Assembly (NCBI GenBank): GCA_051418015.1
Contig: JBPRGF010000027.1
Location: 1-45,888 of the forward strand
Direction of reading: 5' to 3'
Origin: Candidatus Nitrospinota bacterium M3_3B_026
GTDB taxonomy: Bacteria; Nitrospinota_A; UBA7883; JBPRGF01
DNA: 45,888 nucleotides
Shown: positions 27,194 to 36,382 of the stretch, in pieces
Position numbering within the stretch: the stretch's first letter is position 1
Layout of the letters: each line of letters opens with the position of its first letter
Position numbers and translations under genes: made by a program
The notes under the pieces: generated by a model
Seen by the model: only the letters and a program-made list of their open reading frames with translations
What the model was told of the DNA's origin: nothing
Database searches by the model: none

Positions 27194-27383
27194 GAGAGAG
27201 CGGATGCTCCGCGGTGGGAAGCCGATATTATCGGCGTGGCGCCAGATAACGGATAGAGCGCCATCACCGCCGCGGTTAACGGTAAACCCTGTCTCGCGGA
27301 CAGGCGGCGCGTCAGGAGATGGTCACGCCGCCGGGAATCCTGACGGGACGGGGTTTTGTTCGTCCCCGTCCAGCCGCCCTCTC
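27194..27383 (+). ncRNA. Unassigned ~190-nt structured ncRNA candidate
   Basis: Terminal stem encloses a three-way junction, three further hairpins and a possible pseudoknot (see findings). Confidence 0.6.
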
Positions 27384-27427
27384 GCGGGCGAATCCCTTCC
27401 CGCCATCATTGGCCATACGGACCGGCC

Positions 27428-28597
27428 ATGAAAAACGCCGGAAAAAGACCGTTGCGCGTCTCCAAAAGGGCCGCGGGCATAAACTCCTTTATCGTCATGG
27501 ACATCTTGGAGCAGGCCCAACAGATGGAGCGCGCCGGGGAAAGCGTCGTCCACATGGAGGTGGGCGAGCCGGACTTCGACACGCCGGAGCCGATAAAAAA
27601 GGCCGGGGTCGCCGCAATCGAGCAGGGACGGACAAAATACACCCACAGCCAGGGGCTGATCGAGCTCCGCCGCGCCGTGGCCGGGCATATGAAAACGGAG
27701 TACGGCGTCGCGGCGCCCCCGGAAACGGTCGTCGTCACTCCCGGAACGTCCAACGCCCTGCTCCTTGTTCTGGCGGCGATTCTCGACCCTGGCGGCGAGG
27801 TGATAATGGCCGATCCCGGCTATCCGTGCTACCCGAACTTCGTCCGTTTTCTCGGCGGGAAGCCGGTATTCGTAAAAGTCCTTGAAGATGAAGGGTTCCA
27901 GCTCGACCCCGGCAGGGTGAAAAAGAAGATAACAGACAGAACCCGCGCTATCCTGATAAACTCCCCATCGAACCCCACCGGGGCGCTGCTGGAGCCGGAG
28001 GTTCTGCGGAGGCTGGCCGCGCTGGGGCCCCTGGTTATCTCCGACGAGATATACCACGGCCTGGTGTACGAGGGGGAGGCGCGCTCTATACTGGAGCTCA
28101 CCGATCGCGCCGTCGTCATAGACGGTTTTTCAAAACGATACGCCATGACCGGCTGGCGGCTGGGATACGCCATCGTCCCGCCGGGGCTGGCGGACGCCGT
28201 GAAGCGGATGCAGCAGAACATAAACATCTCCCCCAACTCCTTCGTCCAGTGGGCGGGCGTGGAGGCGCTGAAAGAGGGAAAGCCCTACGTGGAGAAAATG
28301 CGAAAGACCTTCGACGAAAGGCGGAAATTTCTGCTGGCGGAGCTTGCCCGCCTGGGCCTGCCGGCCGCCTGTCCGCCACGCGGCGCTTTTTACGTGTTCG
28401 TGAACGCCGGAAAGCTTGGCGAAAACTCTCTGGAGCTGGCGGGCGAGATACTGCGGAAAGCGAAGGTGGCCGTCACGCCGGGGATAGACTTCGGACCCGG
28501 CGGAGAGGGTTTTTTGAGATTCAGCTACGCCAACTCCATGGAAAACCTGAAAGAGGGCGTCCGGCGGCTCGAAAACTTTCTGGAGAACGAGCGCTGA
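27428..28597 (+). CDS. Class I/II PLP-dependent aminotransferase (AspB-like)
   Basis: GEPDF, KYT...G..ELR, INSPSNPTG, SDEIY, GFSKRYAMTGWRLGY, GAFY, RFSYA. Confidence 0.93.
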   Translation: MKNAGKRPLRVSKRAAGINSFIVMDILEQAQQMERAGESVVHMEVGEPDFDTPEPIKKAGVAAIEQGRTKYTHSQGLIELRRAVAGHMKTEYGVAAPPETVVVTPGTSNALLLVLAAILDPGGEVIMADPGYPCYPNFVRFLGGKPVFVKVLEDEGFQLDPGRVKKKITDRTRAILINSPSNPTGALLEPEVLRRLAALGPLVISDEIYHGLVYEGEARSILELTDRAVVIDGFSKRYAMTGWRLGYAIVPPGLADAVKRMQQNINISPNSFVQWAGVEALKEGKPYVEKMRKTFDERRKFLLAELARLGLPAACPPRGAFYVFVNAGKLGENSLELAGEILRKAKVAVTPGIDFGPGGEGFLRFSYANSMENLKEGVRRLENFLENER

Positions 28598-28623
28598 AAC
28601 GACGGGCCGGAAGCCGCCTTTTT

Positions 28624-29031
28624 TCAACTCCTGCCGGAGACGCCCGCGAGCAGAACGTCGTCCAGGGCGGCCCGGAGCGCATCGAGGTTGCGGCTTATGT
28701 CGATGGTGTCGGTGACGAAGTAGTTCTGGTTGCGAAGAAAATCCTCGACCTTCAGGTCACAGGTGAGCATGAATATATAAAAATCCCTGCCGTTTTCGCG
28801 CGCCTGCTCGCTGAGGCTCTGGAAGCTCCTCTTGCACTTTTCCGTCAACGGGAAACGGTCGCCGTTTATCAGGACGGTATCGGCCGATTTGATCTCGTCC
28901 CCGGTGAGGGAAAAGGCGCAGACGTCGAAATATTTAACCTTCGCGCCGTCGTAGTTTACAAGTAATGGCTCTATCCTGGACTGAAATTTCGGATCCCCCT
29001 GGGTGAGGACTATTACACGCCGATCAATCAT
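28624..29031 (-). CDS. Hypothetical protein with receiver-like (CheY-like) topology
   Basis: AAGGAG SD before ATG 29031; promoter-like TTGCAA-N17-TATATT upstream; alternating beta/alpha pattern (VIVLT, DTVLING, IFMLT). Confidence 0.7.
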   Translation of the reverse strand: MIDRRVIVLTQGDPKFQSRIEPLLVNYDGAKVKYFDVCAFSLTGDEIKSADTVLINGDRFPLTEKCKRSFQSLSEQARENGRDFYIFMLTCDLKVEDFLRNQNYFVTDTIDISRNLDALRAALDDVLLAGVSGRS

Positions 29032-29150
29032 GACTCTCTCCTTACGCGGCGGGCGCCGCAAGACCACCAAGATGTACTAAATATAGTACTGCGGAGCGGA
29101 GGTTGCAAACATTTTTTCCACACTTTTTCCACTTTTCCGGAGTGTTTTTT

Positions 29151-30737
29151 TTAAACCGTTTTTTTTGAACGGCATATCCCGGCCGCCATGTCCCGATCCT
29201 CCACCAGGCCCCCGGGGGCCAGCCTCTCAAGGTAGGCGGCGAAAGGGCAGACCGCGCATCCGGCGTCCAGAGTCAGGCAGAAATCGGCGTATACCTGGGC
29301 GAGGCCCTGCCTTCGCGCCGCGCCTTTCATGACGGCGCGGGTCTTCATCGCCGGGAGCATCCTTGCGGCCATAAACTTTGTTATATGGTTTTCCTCCAGC
29401 CCCGGCATCCCGTGGAAGACGAGCCGGAGCCTCTCTTCGCCCCCCGCGTCGCCGAAAACGCGGGCCCGGGCGAGCAGGAAAGGGATAACGATGTTTACGA
29501 GGATTATCTCCACCCTCCCCGGGCCGACAAGGCTCCTTGGACGTCTCAGCTTTTTCCCACCGATCACGTAGCGCCACGGCCAGTAGTCGTCATCCGGCGG
29601 CTGGAAAAAGGAGGCCACCTTCGCCAGCCACTCCACGCGCTCGGCCCTGGGGCCTTTTGCGGGGTAATCTTCGGCCAATCTGATAAATAGCGTGTCCAGC
29701 GCCGAGTCGAGATGGATGGAAAGAAACCGGGCGAGACCCACCAGCCTCCCGGCGGGAAAGTTCGCCGGTCGGGCGCCCGCCGTCTTCCAGTCCTCGGCCC
29801 TCAGGATGGCGCGCAGCCCGTAACGGGCTGAAATCTCTTTCCACGCCGCCCAAAGCCTCGCCAGGAGCTTTTCGGACTCATGGTCATATTCCTTCACAGA
29901 CGGATCGGGCGCAAGGCCCGCAAGCCCCAGGAAAAGCGCTTGCAGGGTCATGTACCTTTTTTTATGGTCCACTTCGTACACAACTTCCCGGAGAACATCG
30001 AGGGGCGCGTTTTCGGCCAGTTGTCCGAACTGCGTCTTGAACGACCTGAAACCGAGCGCCTCGGCCAATCCCCTGTAGAGCGCCTCCTCGCCGCGCCCTT
30101 TCCTGATGGCGCTAAGATAGCGTTCGGATTTCAACGTCATCCGCCCCTCCCCGGCCGCATCGAGAAGCCTTCCGGCGTCCTTTTCCCCGATCCGCGCCAT
30201 CGCCTCGCCGCACCTGCCGGAAAGCTCCGGGACGCGCTCCGCGGGCGGTCCGGCGAGAGCCGCCCTCGTCTTGTCGATGGCGGCGGGGCAGGCGGGGGCC
30301 AGCTCTATCTCGATCATCCTCCGCCCGTCCTGGCGGCGCTGGGGGCCGAGTGTGGAATCCTGAAAAATCACGACGTGCAGCTTCACGTTGTTGTAGGCGG
30401 GGTCCAGGTGGTGTTTGTGGCGGCGCCAGTCGGACGATCTTACGTGAAGTTCAACATCGCCCCGCTCGACCTCCCCGCCGTCGATGTTGAAAACAGCGCC
30501 CTTGAAATCCGGCCCAGCGGCGCCGTTCAGCCAGCCGGGGGAGATTATCCTCACACCGCGTCTTTTCGTGTCCCGGACAGGGCCGGGGCCCCAGGGCTGC
30601 TCCATCCAGAGGGTCTGGACGATCCTCTCGCTGTACCTCGTCGGCGGCGCCCCTTCGGCCCGCGGCGGACCTTTCGCCCTTTCCCGGATGGCGAAGATGA
30701 CACGCCCGGCAAGATCCAGGTATTCCCTTGAAAACAC
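29151..30737 (-). CDS. DUF2851 family protein
   Basis: PGWLN..AGPDF, GDVELH..SSDW..H.H..DPAYNNV.LHVV, RPANFP..RL, I..N..IP, QGL.Q, C-terminal C..C. Confidence 0.85.
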   Translation of the reverse strand: MFSREYLDLAGRVIFAIRERAKGPPRAEGAPPTRYSERIVQTLWMEQPWGPGPVRDTKRRGVRIISPGWLNGAAGPDFKGAVFNIDGGEVERGDVELHVRSSDWRRHKHHLDPAYNNVKLHVVIFQDSTLGPQRRQDGRRMIEIELAPACPAAIDKTRAALAGPPAERVPELSGRCGEAMARIGEKDAGRLLDAAGEGRMTLKSERYLSAIRKGRGEEALYRGLAEALGFRSFKTQFGQLAENAPLDVLREVVYEVDHKKRYMTLQALFLGLAGLAPDPSVKEYDHESEKLLARLWAAWKEISARYGLRAILRAEDWKTAGARPANFPAGRLVGLARFLSIHLDSALDTLFIRLAEDYPAKGPRAERVEWLAKVASFFQPPDDDYWPWRYVIGGKKLRRPRSLVGPGRVEIILVNIVIPFLLARARVFGDAGGEERLRLVFHGMPGLEENHITKFMAARMLPAMKTRAVMKGAARRQGLAQVYADFCLTLDAGCAVCPFAAYLERLAPGGLVEDRDMAAGICRSKKTV

Positions 30738-30847
30738 GGATAGCTTTTTATGGCCTGTTTTATCGGGGGATTATACCTTGCCGGTTACCCAGGCGCCAGC
30801 GCAAAGAGGCGCCGGGCCGGATCATGCGAACAGGGGCGGGAGGAGGC

Positions 30848-31168
30848 TCACTGCGGCGGGAACTCGGTCTGTATCCCCCCCTTGCTCATGGAGGCGGTGA
30901 CCTCCTTCAAAAGCTCGTCCATCCGCCGGTTGAACTCCTTTTCGTCCTTCTCGACCCTTTTACGCAGGGTGAAAAGCTCGTGGGTGATCTGCAGGAGAGC
31001 GAGGATCGCCACGCGGTTGACGTCCAGAGAGCCCGTCTTGCGGCCGACTTCTCTCATCAGGTTGTCGATGTAGGAGGCGTATTCGCGGGTCACCTCAGGA
31101 TCCTCGGGGCTTCGGATGGTGTATTCCTTGCCGTAGACCTGGATTCTCACCGCGTTCTGATCGGTCAT
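30848..31168 (-). CDS. zapA: Cell division protein ZapA
   Basis: VRIQVYGKEYTI...A.YID..MRE...RVAILALLQITHELF; ATGA overlap with the upstream coiled-coil gene. Confidence 0.9.
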   Translation of the reverse strand: MTDQNAVRIQVYGKEYTIRSPEDPEVTREYASYIDNLMREVGRKTGSLDVNRVAILALLQITHELFTLRKRVEKDEKEFNRRMDELLKEVTASMSKGGIQTEFPPQ

Positions 31169-31458
31169 TGTCTCAGGGCCTCCTCGCTTTCCAGCGCCTC
31201 GTCGAGCCTGCCTATGACGGTCTCGAGCTTTTTGCGGACCAGTTCGCGCTCCATCATCAGCCTGTCCCGCTCCTCGACAAGCTCCGCCCGCTCGGCCCGC
31301 CACACCTCAGCGTCCGGCGCGGCGCCTTTCTTCTCAAGGTTTTTTTCCAGACGGTAGACCTTGCGCTTCAGCTCCCTGTTCTCCTCCTTGAGGTCGTTCA
31401 CGTAATTGAACAGAAAGAACAGCTGCTCCCTCAGTCTGTCCAGAAGCGAGAAATTCAT
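31165..31458 (-). CDS. Coiled-coil protein (ZapB-like)
   Basis: Heptad-rich 97-aa protein in the usual position between pheT and zapA. Confidence 0.7.
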   Translation of the reverse strand: MNFSLLDRLREQLFFLFNYVNDLKEENRELKRKVYRLEKNLEKKGAAPDAEVWRAERAELVEERDRLMMERELVRKKLETVIGRLDEALESEEALRQ

Positions 31459-31602
31459 TGAAAAGCCTTTTTAAGGGCGCGCCTTGCGCTTGAAGTGACC
31501 TGTCCGCAAACACCCCTTATCTTATTGAAACTTCACAGGTCAGAATAATATCATCGCGGAGGGGAATAATTCAAGCGATTTCCAGGGGGACGGACCGGGG
31601 CG

Positions 31603-33987
31603 CTACCGGAGCTTCGCCCCGTGGTCCTGTTCGAGTCCTTTGACAACGGCCTCGAACACGCGGCCAGCCTCTTCGTCGGTGAGGGTTTTCTCGTCGTCCC
31701 GCATCTCCAGGGAGAAGGCGAGGCTCTTTTTGCCGTGGCCGATTTTGCCGCCACGGTAGACGTCGAACAGAACGGCCTCGCGGAGTTTTTTGCCCCCGTG
31801 GCGTCTGATGGACTCGACAATCAGCGCCACCGGCGTCTCCTCCGGCGCGACGACGGCCAGGTCCCGTTTAACCGAGGGGAAACGCGGGAGAGACTTTGAG
31901 AACGGCGTCTCCGGCTCCAGCGCCGCCAGGGCGTCCATGTCCAGCTCGAAGGCAAAAAGCTCCTGGTCCGCCTCGTAGGCCTCCAGAGTCTCCGGGTGAA
32001 TCTGGCCCATGTTTCCTATCACCTCGCCGCCGGCCAGAACATCGGCCTGCCTTTTGGGGTAATAGAAAGGATGCGGCGACAGCTCGAAGGAGAGCCGCCC
32101 GCCAAGCCCGAGTGAGTGAAATATCGATACCACCACGCCCTTGAGATCGAAAAAGTCTCGCCTCGGCGCCCTGCCGCCCCACACGCTCGGGGACTCCTTC
32201 TCGGATATCACCCCGCCCACCATCCAGCGCTCCACCGGCGCTCCGCCCCCCGCCGACCGGAAGACGACGCCGAGCTCGAAGATTTTCGCGTCCTCGTTCG
32301 CCTTCATGCAGCCCAGAAGCCCCGGCAGGAGGCTGGGGCGAAGATGGGTCCATTCCGAGCTTAAGGGGTTGTCTATGGGCACGAGCCCGCGCCAGGGGTG
32401 ATCCTCCGGCAGCCTGAGACGGCCCATGTCCGCCTCGCCAACGAAGCTCATCCGCATCCCCTCCATCATCCCGATGGAGCGAAGGTGCCTCCGGAGGGCG
32501 CGGCGAATCTCCAGGCTTCCGCTCATCTCCCTCTCCTTCTCCGCGACACGGGGGATGGATGACGGAATGGAGTTGTAGCCCATATGCCGGGCCACCTCCT
32601 CTACCAGGTCTATCTCCCGCTCGATGTCGTGCCGGAAGGTGGGGACGAGGACGGTTATGGAGCGGTCATCCGAGGCGGCCTTCTCCATACGCAGCCTCGA
32701 CAGGATATCCTCCACCCTCTTCCTGTTCACGCTGACGCCCATTATCCTGTCCAGCGCCGGGAATCTCAGCCGTACCTCTTTCCTGCCCGCCGGGCGCGGA
32801 TAGGCGTCCACCCTGCCCTTCGAGATTTTTCCCCCGGCGGCAAGCGCCATCAGGCGCGCGGCCCTGTCCTGGGCGTATATCAGGCCCTCGATGTCCGTCC
32901 CCCGCTCGAACCTGTGGGACGACTCCGAGGATATCCCGAGCGACCTGCTTGCGCGCCTTATACAGCGTGGGTCAAAATACGCCGCCTCCAGCAACACGTC
33001 CCTCGTCCCCACGGAAACCTCGGAGTCCGCCCCGCCCATGACGCCCGCGAGGGCGGCGGCCCTCTCCGCGTCCGCGATCACGAGACAGTCCCGGCCTAAG
33101 AGGCGTTCCCTGCCGTCGAGCGTGACGAGTTTTTCTCCTTCCCGCGCCATCCTGACGATGATTCTTCCGCCCGCCATCTTGTGATAGTCGAAGGCGTGCA
33201 GGGGGTGGCCCGTCTCCATCAGGACATAGTTGGTTATGTCCACGACGTTGTTTATCGGGCGGACACCTAGCGCCATGAGCCTGCGGCGCATCCAGAAAGG
33301 CGACGGGCCGATACTGACATCTTTTATCACCCTGGCGGAATAGCGGGGGCAAAGCTCTGGCTCCTCTATCTCCACGGAGACAAGCGACGCCGCTTCCCCG
33401 GCCAGCTCGGCCGCCTCCGCCGGGGGAAGCTCGAGCCTGGCGCCCGTGGCGGCGGCCACCTCGCGCGCGACGCCGATCATGCTCAGGCAGTCGCCCCGGT
33501 TCGGGGTCAGGTCCACCTCCAGGATCGTGTCGCGTACTTCGTGCCGGGCCGAAAATTCTTCACCCGGCTCACCCTCGTCGAGAACCATTATCCCGGAGTG
33601 GTCCTCGGAAAGTCTCAACTCCGCCTCGGAAGGGATCATCCCCTCCGACGTCTCCCCGCGGACTTTGCGGCTCTCTATCTTCATCCCGTCCGGCAGGACG
33701 GAGCCGGGGAGGGCCACCGGGACGGTCTGCCCCTCGGCGACGTTCGGCGCGCCGCAGACTATCCTTCGCGTCCCGCCGCCCGTGTCCACCTCACAGATTT
33801 TCAGCTTGTCGGCGTTGGGGTGTTTTTCAACTTTTAAAACTTTTCCGATGACTACGCCTTCGTACCAGCCGCGCCTGTCATCGGCGATGGAGCACTCGAG
33901 ACCAAGGCCGGTAAGCGTCGCGGCGGTTTCCTCCGGCGAGAGGTCAAAACCCACAAGCTCCCGAAGCCACAGGTAAGATATCAGCAT
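31603..33987 (-). CDS. pheT: Phenylalanyl-tRNA synthetase beta subunit
   Basis: HPNADKL, IVCGAPN, TPNRGDCLS..G.ARE, RFERG, DL.EEVAR, C-terminal FDX-ACB domain (RDLA, LFDVY.G, KSLA). Confidence 0.98.
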   Translation of the reverse strand: MLISYLWLRELVGFDLSPEETAATLTGLGLECSIADDRRGWYEGVVIGKVLKVEKHPNADKLKICEVDTGGGTRRIVCGAPNVAEGQTVPVALPGSVLPDGMKIESRKVRGETSEGMIPSEAELRLSEDHSGIMVLDEGEPGEEFSARHEVRDTILEVDLTPNRGDCLSMIGVAREVAAATGARLELPPAEAAELAGEAASLVSVEIEEPELCPRYSARVIKDVSIGPSPFWMRRRLMALGVRPINNVVDITNYVLMETGHPLHAFDYHKMAGGRIIVRMAREGEKLVTLDGRERLLGRDCLVIADAERAAALAGVMGGADSEVSVGTRDVLLEAAYFDPRCIRRASRSLGISSESSHRFERGTDIEGLIYAQDRAARLMALAAGGKISKGRVDAYPRPAGRKEVRLRFPALDRIMGVSVNRKRVEDILSRLRMEKAASDDRSITVLVPTFRHDIEREIDLVEEVARHMGYNSIPSSIPRVAEKEREMSGSLEIRRALRRHLRSIGMMEGMRMSFVGEADMGRLRLPEDHPWRGLVPIDNPLSSEWTHLRPSLLPGLLGCMKANEDAKIFELGVVFRSAGGGAPVERWMVGGVISEKESPSVWGGRAPRRDFFDLKGVVVSIFHSLGLGGRLSFELSPHPFYYPKRQADVLAGGEVIGNMGQIHPETLEAYEADQELFAFELDMDALAALEPETPFSKSLPRFPSVKRDLAVVAPEETPVALIVESIRRHGGKKLREAVLFDVYRGGKIGHGKKSLAFSLEMRDDEKTLTDEEAGRVFEAVVKGLEQDHGAKLR

Positions 33988-33991
33988 CTTT

Positions 33992-35011
33992 TCAGAACTG
34001 GGACAGGAACCTGGCGTCGTTTTCGTAGAGCAGGCGGATGTCGTCTATGCCGTACTTGAGCATGGCGATGCGCTCTATCCCGCAGCCGAAGGCGAACCCC
34101 GTCCACTCCTCCGGGTCGTAGCCCACCGCCTTGAAGACGTTCGGGTCGATCATCCCCGCGCCCAGGATCTCCAGCCAGCCCGTCCCCTTGCAGACGCGGC
34201 AACCCGAGCCTGCGCATATCTGGCAACTGACGTCTATCTCCGCCGAGGGCTCGGTGAAAGGAAAGAAGCTCGGGCGAAACCGGACCTTCGTCTCCCTGCC
34301 GTAAAGCCTGTGGACGAAAAGCTCCAGCGTCCCCTTGAGGTGGGCGAAGGTGACGTCGCGGTCTATATGAAAACCTTCCACCTGGTGAAACACGGGCGAG
34401 TGGGTGATGTCCGAGTCGCATCTGAAAACCCTGCCCGGGGCGATGACGGAAAGGGGCGGCTCGTGCTTTTCCATGGCGTGGATCTGCACCGGCGACGTGT
34501 GTGTCCGCAAAAGCCGCGCGCCGCCCTGGACATAGAACGTGTCCTGCATGTCGCGGGCCGGGTGCTCCTCGGGGAAGTTGAGCTTGGCGAAGTTGTTCTC
34601 GTCCGTCTCCACCTCCGGCCCTTCCTCGACCATGAACCCGAGCCCCAGGAAAATCTCGATCAGCTCGTCCATGACGGCGCCGACGGGATGGAAACTCCCA
34701 AGCCCCGCCGGCTTGCCGGGAAGTGTTATGTCAAAAATCTCCGTCTCGAGCCTGCGGGTCATCTCCTCGCGGCGGATCGCCTCGAGCTTTTCGGATATGG
34801 CCTCCTCCACGGCCGATTTCACGCGGTTGAGCGCCGCTCCGGCCTCCGGGCGCTTTTCGGGCGGGACCTCCCGCAGGCCCTTCATCCGCGCGGTAATCAG
34901 GCCCTTCTTGCCCAGAAGGCCCACCCTCAGGCTTTCCAGCTCATCGGCGGACGATGCGGCGGCCACCTTCGAGAGCGACTCCTCCTTGAGCTTTTCGAGC
35001 TCGGCTTCCAA
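33992..35011 (-). CDS. pheS: Phenylalanyl-tRNA synthetase alpha subunit
   Basis: HPARDMQDTF, LRTHTSPVQ, FHQVEG, FRPSFFPFTEPS, GFAFG.GIER. Confidence 0.98.
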   Translation of the reverse strand: MEAELEKLKEESLSKVAAASSADELESLRVGLLGKKGLITARMKGLREVPPEKRPEAGAALNRVKSAVEEAISEKLEAIRREEMTRRLETEIFDITLPGKPAGLGSFHPVGAVMDELIEIFLGLGFMVEEGPEVETDENNFAKLNFPEEHPARDMQDTFYVQGGARLLRTHTSPVQIHAMEKHEPPLSVIAPGRVFRCDSDITHSPVFHQVEGFHIDRDVTFAHLKGTLELFVHRLYGRETKVRFRPSFFPFTEPSAEIDVSCQICAGSGCRVCKGTGWLEILGAGMIDPNVFKAVGYDPEEWTGFAFGCGIERIAMLKYGIDDIRLLYENDARFLSQF

Positions 35012-35030
35012 TCATCCCTCCGTCTCAAAC

Positions 35031-35067
35031 AAAAAAAGGTTTACGATCTATACGGACCGTAAACCTT
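35031..35067 (-). terminator. Intrinsic terminator-like hairpin between rplT and pheS
   Basis: Minus strand AAGGTTTACG-loop-CGTAAACCTT followed by a U-tract. Confidence 0.65.
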
Positions 35068-35126
35068 CCATTACCCACAGCGCCCGGCCGCCGGAGCGCG
35101 CCGTTTTCCCGGCGGTCAGGCGGCGG

Positions 35127-35495
35127 TCAAGCCTGCGCGGCGCCCGCTTTTTCCCTGGCGATGCCGACAAGCTCCCTGAAAGCCTCGGGCTCGTTGACGG
35201 CCAGGTCGGCCAGTATCTTGCGGTCCACCTCCACATTGGCCTCGCTCAACCCGCGCATGAAAGTGGAGTATTTCATTCCTTCGGCCCGCGCCGCGGCGTT
35301 TATCCTGGTGATCCAGAGCGCCCTGAAATCCCTTTTCCTGGCGCGCCTGTCGCGGTAGGCGAACTGCGAGGCCCTGGTCACCGCCTCCTTGGCTTTCAGG
35401 AACGTCCTGCTCCTGGCGCCGCGGTAACCCTTGGCCATTTTCAGTATCTTCTTGCGCCTGGCCTTCGTGGCCGGACTGTTCTTAACTCTCGGCAT
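35127..35495 (-). CDS. rplT: 50S ribosomal protein L20
   Basis: MPRVK...[36 protein letters not shown]. Confidence 0.98.
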   Translation of the reverse strand: MPRVKNSPATKARRKKILKMAKGYRGARSRTFLKAKEAVTRASQFAYRDRRARKRDFRALWITRINAAARAEGMKYSTFMRGLSEANVEVDRKILADLAVNEPEAFRELVGIAREKAGAAQA

Positions 35496-35531
35496 AGCTG
35501 AACCCTCGCTGTCCTCTAAAAAGCCCTACTC

Positions 35532-35729
35532 TTAAAGGTAAGGCAGCATCCTCTTAACCGCCTCCTCGTCCCTGCCGTCGATGTAGCCCGCCTTGCGCAG
35601 GTTCCTCTTCGTCTTGGACGACTTGGTGGTCAGTATATGGCGAAGATACGCCTTTTTGCGCCTTATTTTGCCGGAGGCGGTCCGCTTGAACCTTTTCGCG
35701 GCGCCTCTCACGGTTTTTCGTTTAGGCAT
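35532..35729 (-). CDS. rpmI: 50S ribosomal protein L35
   Basis: MPK.KT..GAAKRFK.TASGK...RHILT.KS.K.KR.LR. Confidence 0.98.
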   Translation of the reverse strand: MPKRKTVRGAAKRFKRTASGKIRRKKAYLRHILTTKSSKTKRNLRKAGYIDGRDEEAVKRMLPYL

Positions 35730-35738
35730 AAGCTTTCG

Positions 35739-36296
35739 TCAATCCTCGTTTTCCTCGTTATCTTCCTGCTCCCGGGGGGCCACCACCTCGGCCCGGGGGG
35801 CGAACACCATGCCCATGTTCCGCCCTTCCTGCTTCGGCTCGGACTCCACCACGGCCATATCCTCAAGGTCGGCCGCGAACCTTTCCAGTATCTTCAACCC
35901 CAGCTCCGAGTGCGTAATCTGCCGTCCCTTGAAGAAGACGGTGACCTTCACCTTGTCGCCGTGCTCCAAAAACCTCTTCGCGTGGTTCAGCTTGAACCTG
36001 TAGTCGTGCTCCTCGGTCGCCGGGGTGGTCTTCACCTCCTTGAGCCGGACGCTCTTCTGCTTTTTCTTGGCGTCGTGGGCCTTCTTGCTCAGGCGGTACT
36101 TGTACTTGCCGTAGTCCATGATCTTGCAGACAGGCGGTTTGGCGTCCGGCGCCACCTCCACAAGATCCATATCCGCGTCCGCCGCATGTTCGCGCGCCTC
36201 CTCCAGGGAGACGAGACCCAGCTTCGTCCCGTCGGAGCCTATGAGCATTACTTCAGGCGCCCGGATATGGGCGTTTATCCTCAGAGCCTTAGCGAT
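35739..36296 (-). CDS. infC: Translation initiation factor IF-3, non-canonical ATC start
   Basis: DLVEVAP.AKPPVCKIMDYGKYKY; homology extends upstream of the ORF-track ATG (LRINAHIRAPEV) to an in-frame ATC at 36296 preceded by GGAG. Confidence 0.93.
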   Translation of the reverse strand: MAKALRINAHIRAPEVMLIGSDGTKLGLVSLEEAREHAADADMDLVEVAPDAKPPVCKIMDYGKYKYRLSKKAHDAKKKQKSVRLKEVKTTPATEEHDYRFKLNHAKRFLEHGDKVKVTVFFKGRQITHSELGLKILERFAADLEDMAVVESEPKQEGRNMGMVFAPRAEVVAPREQEDNEENED

Positions 36297-36382
36297 AACC
36301 TCTCACTCCCAGAGAAAAAAGGGAGCCGCGGCCCGCCGGGACGAGCGCTCCTCTATGGCGACTAATAATATATGTCCTCCCG

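Noticed and set aside
27192..27431. 79-aa ORF over the structured region
   Set aside because: No SD, no recognisable protein features; the dense base-pairing is better explained by an RNA.
30738..30847. 6S RNA expected downstream of zapA
   Set aside because: Only 110 bp, with no long hairpin; looks like a promoter region.
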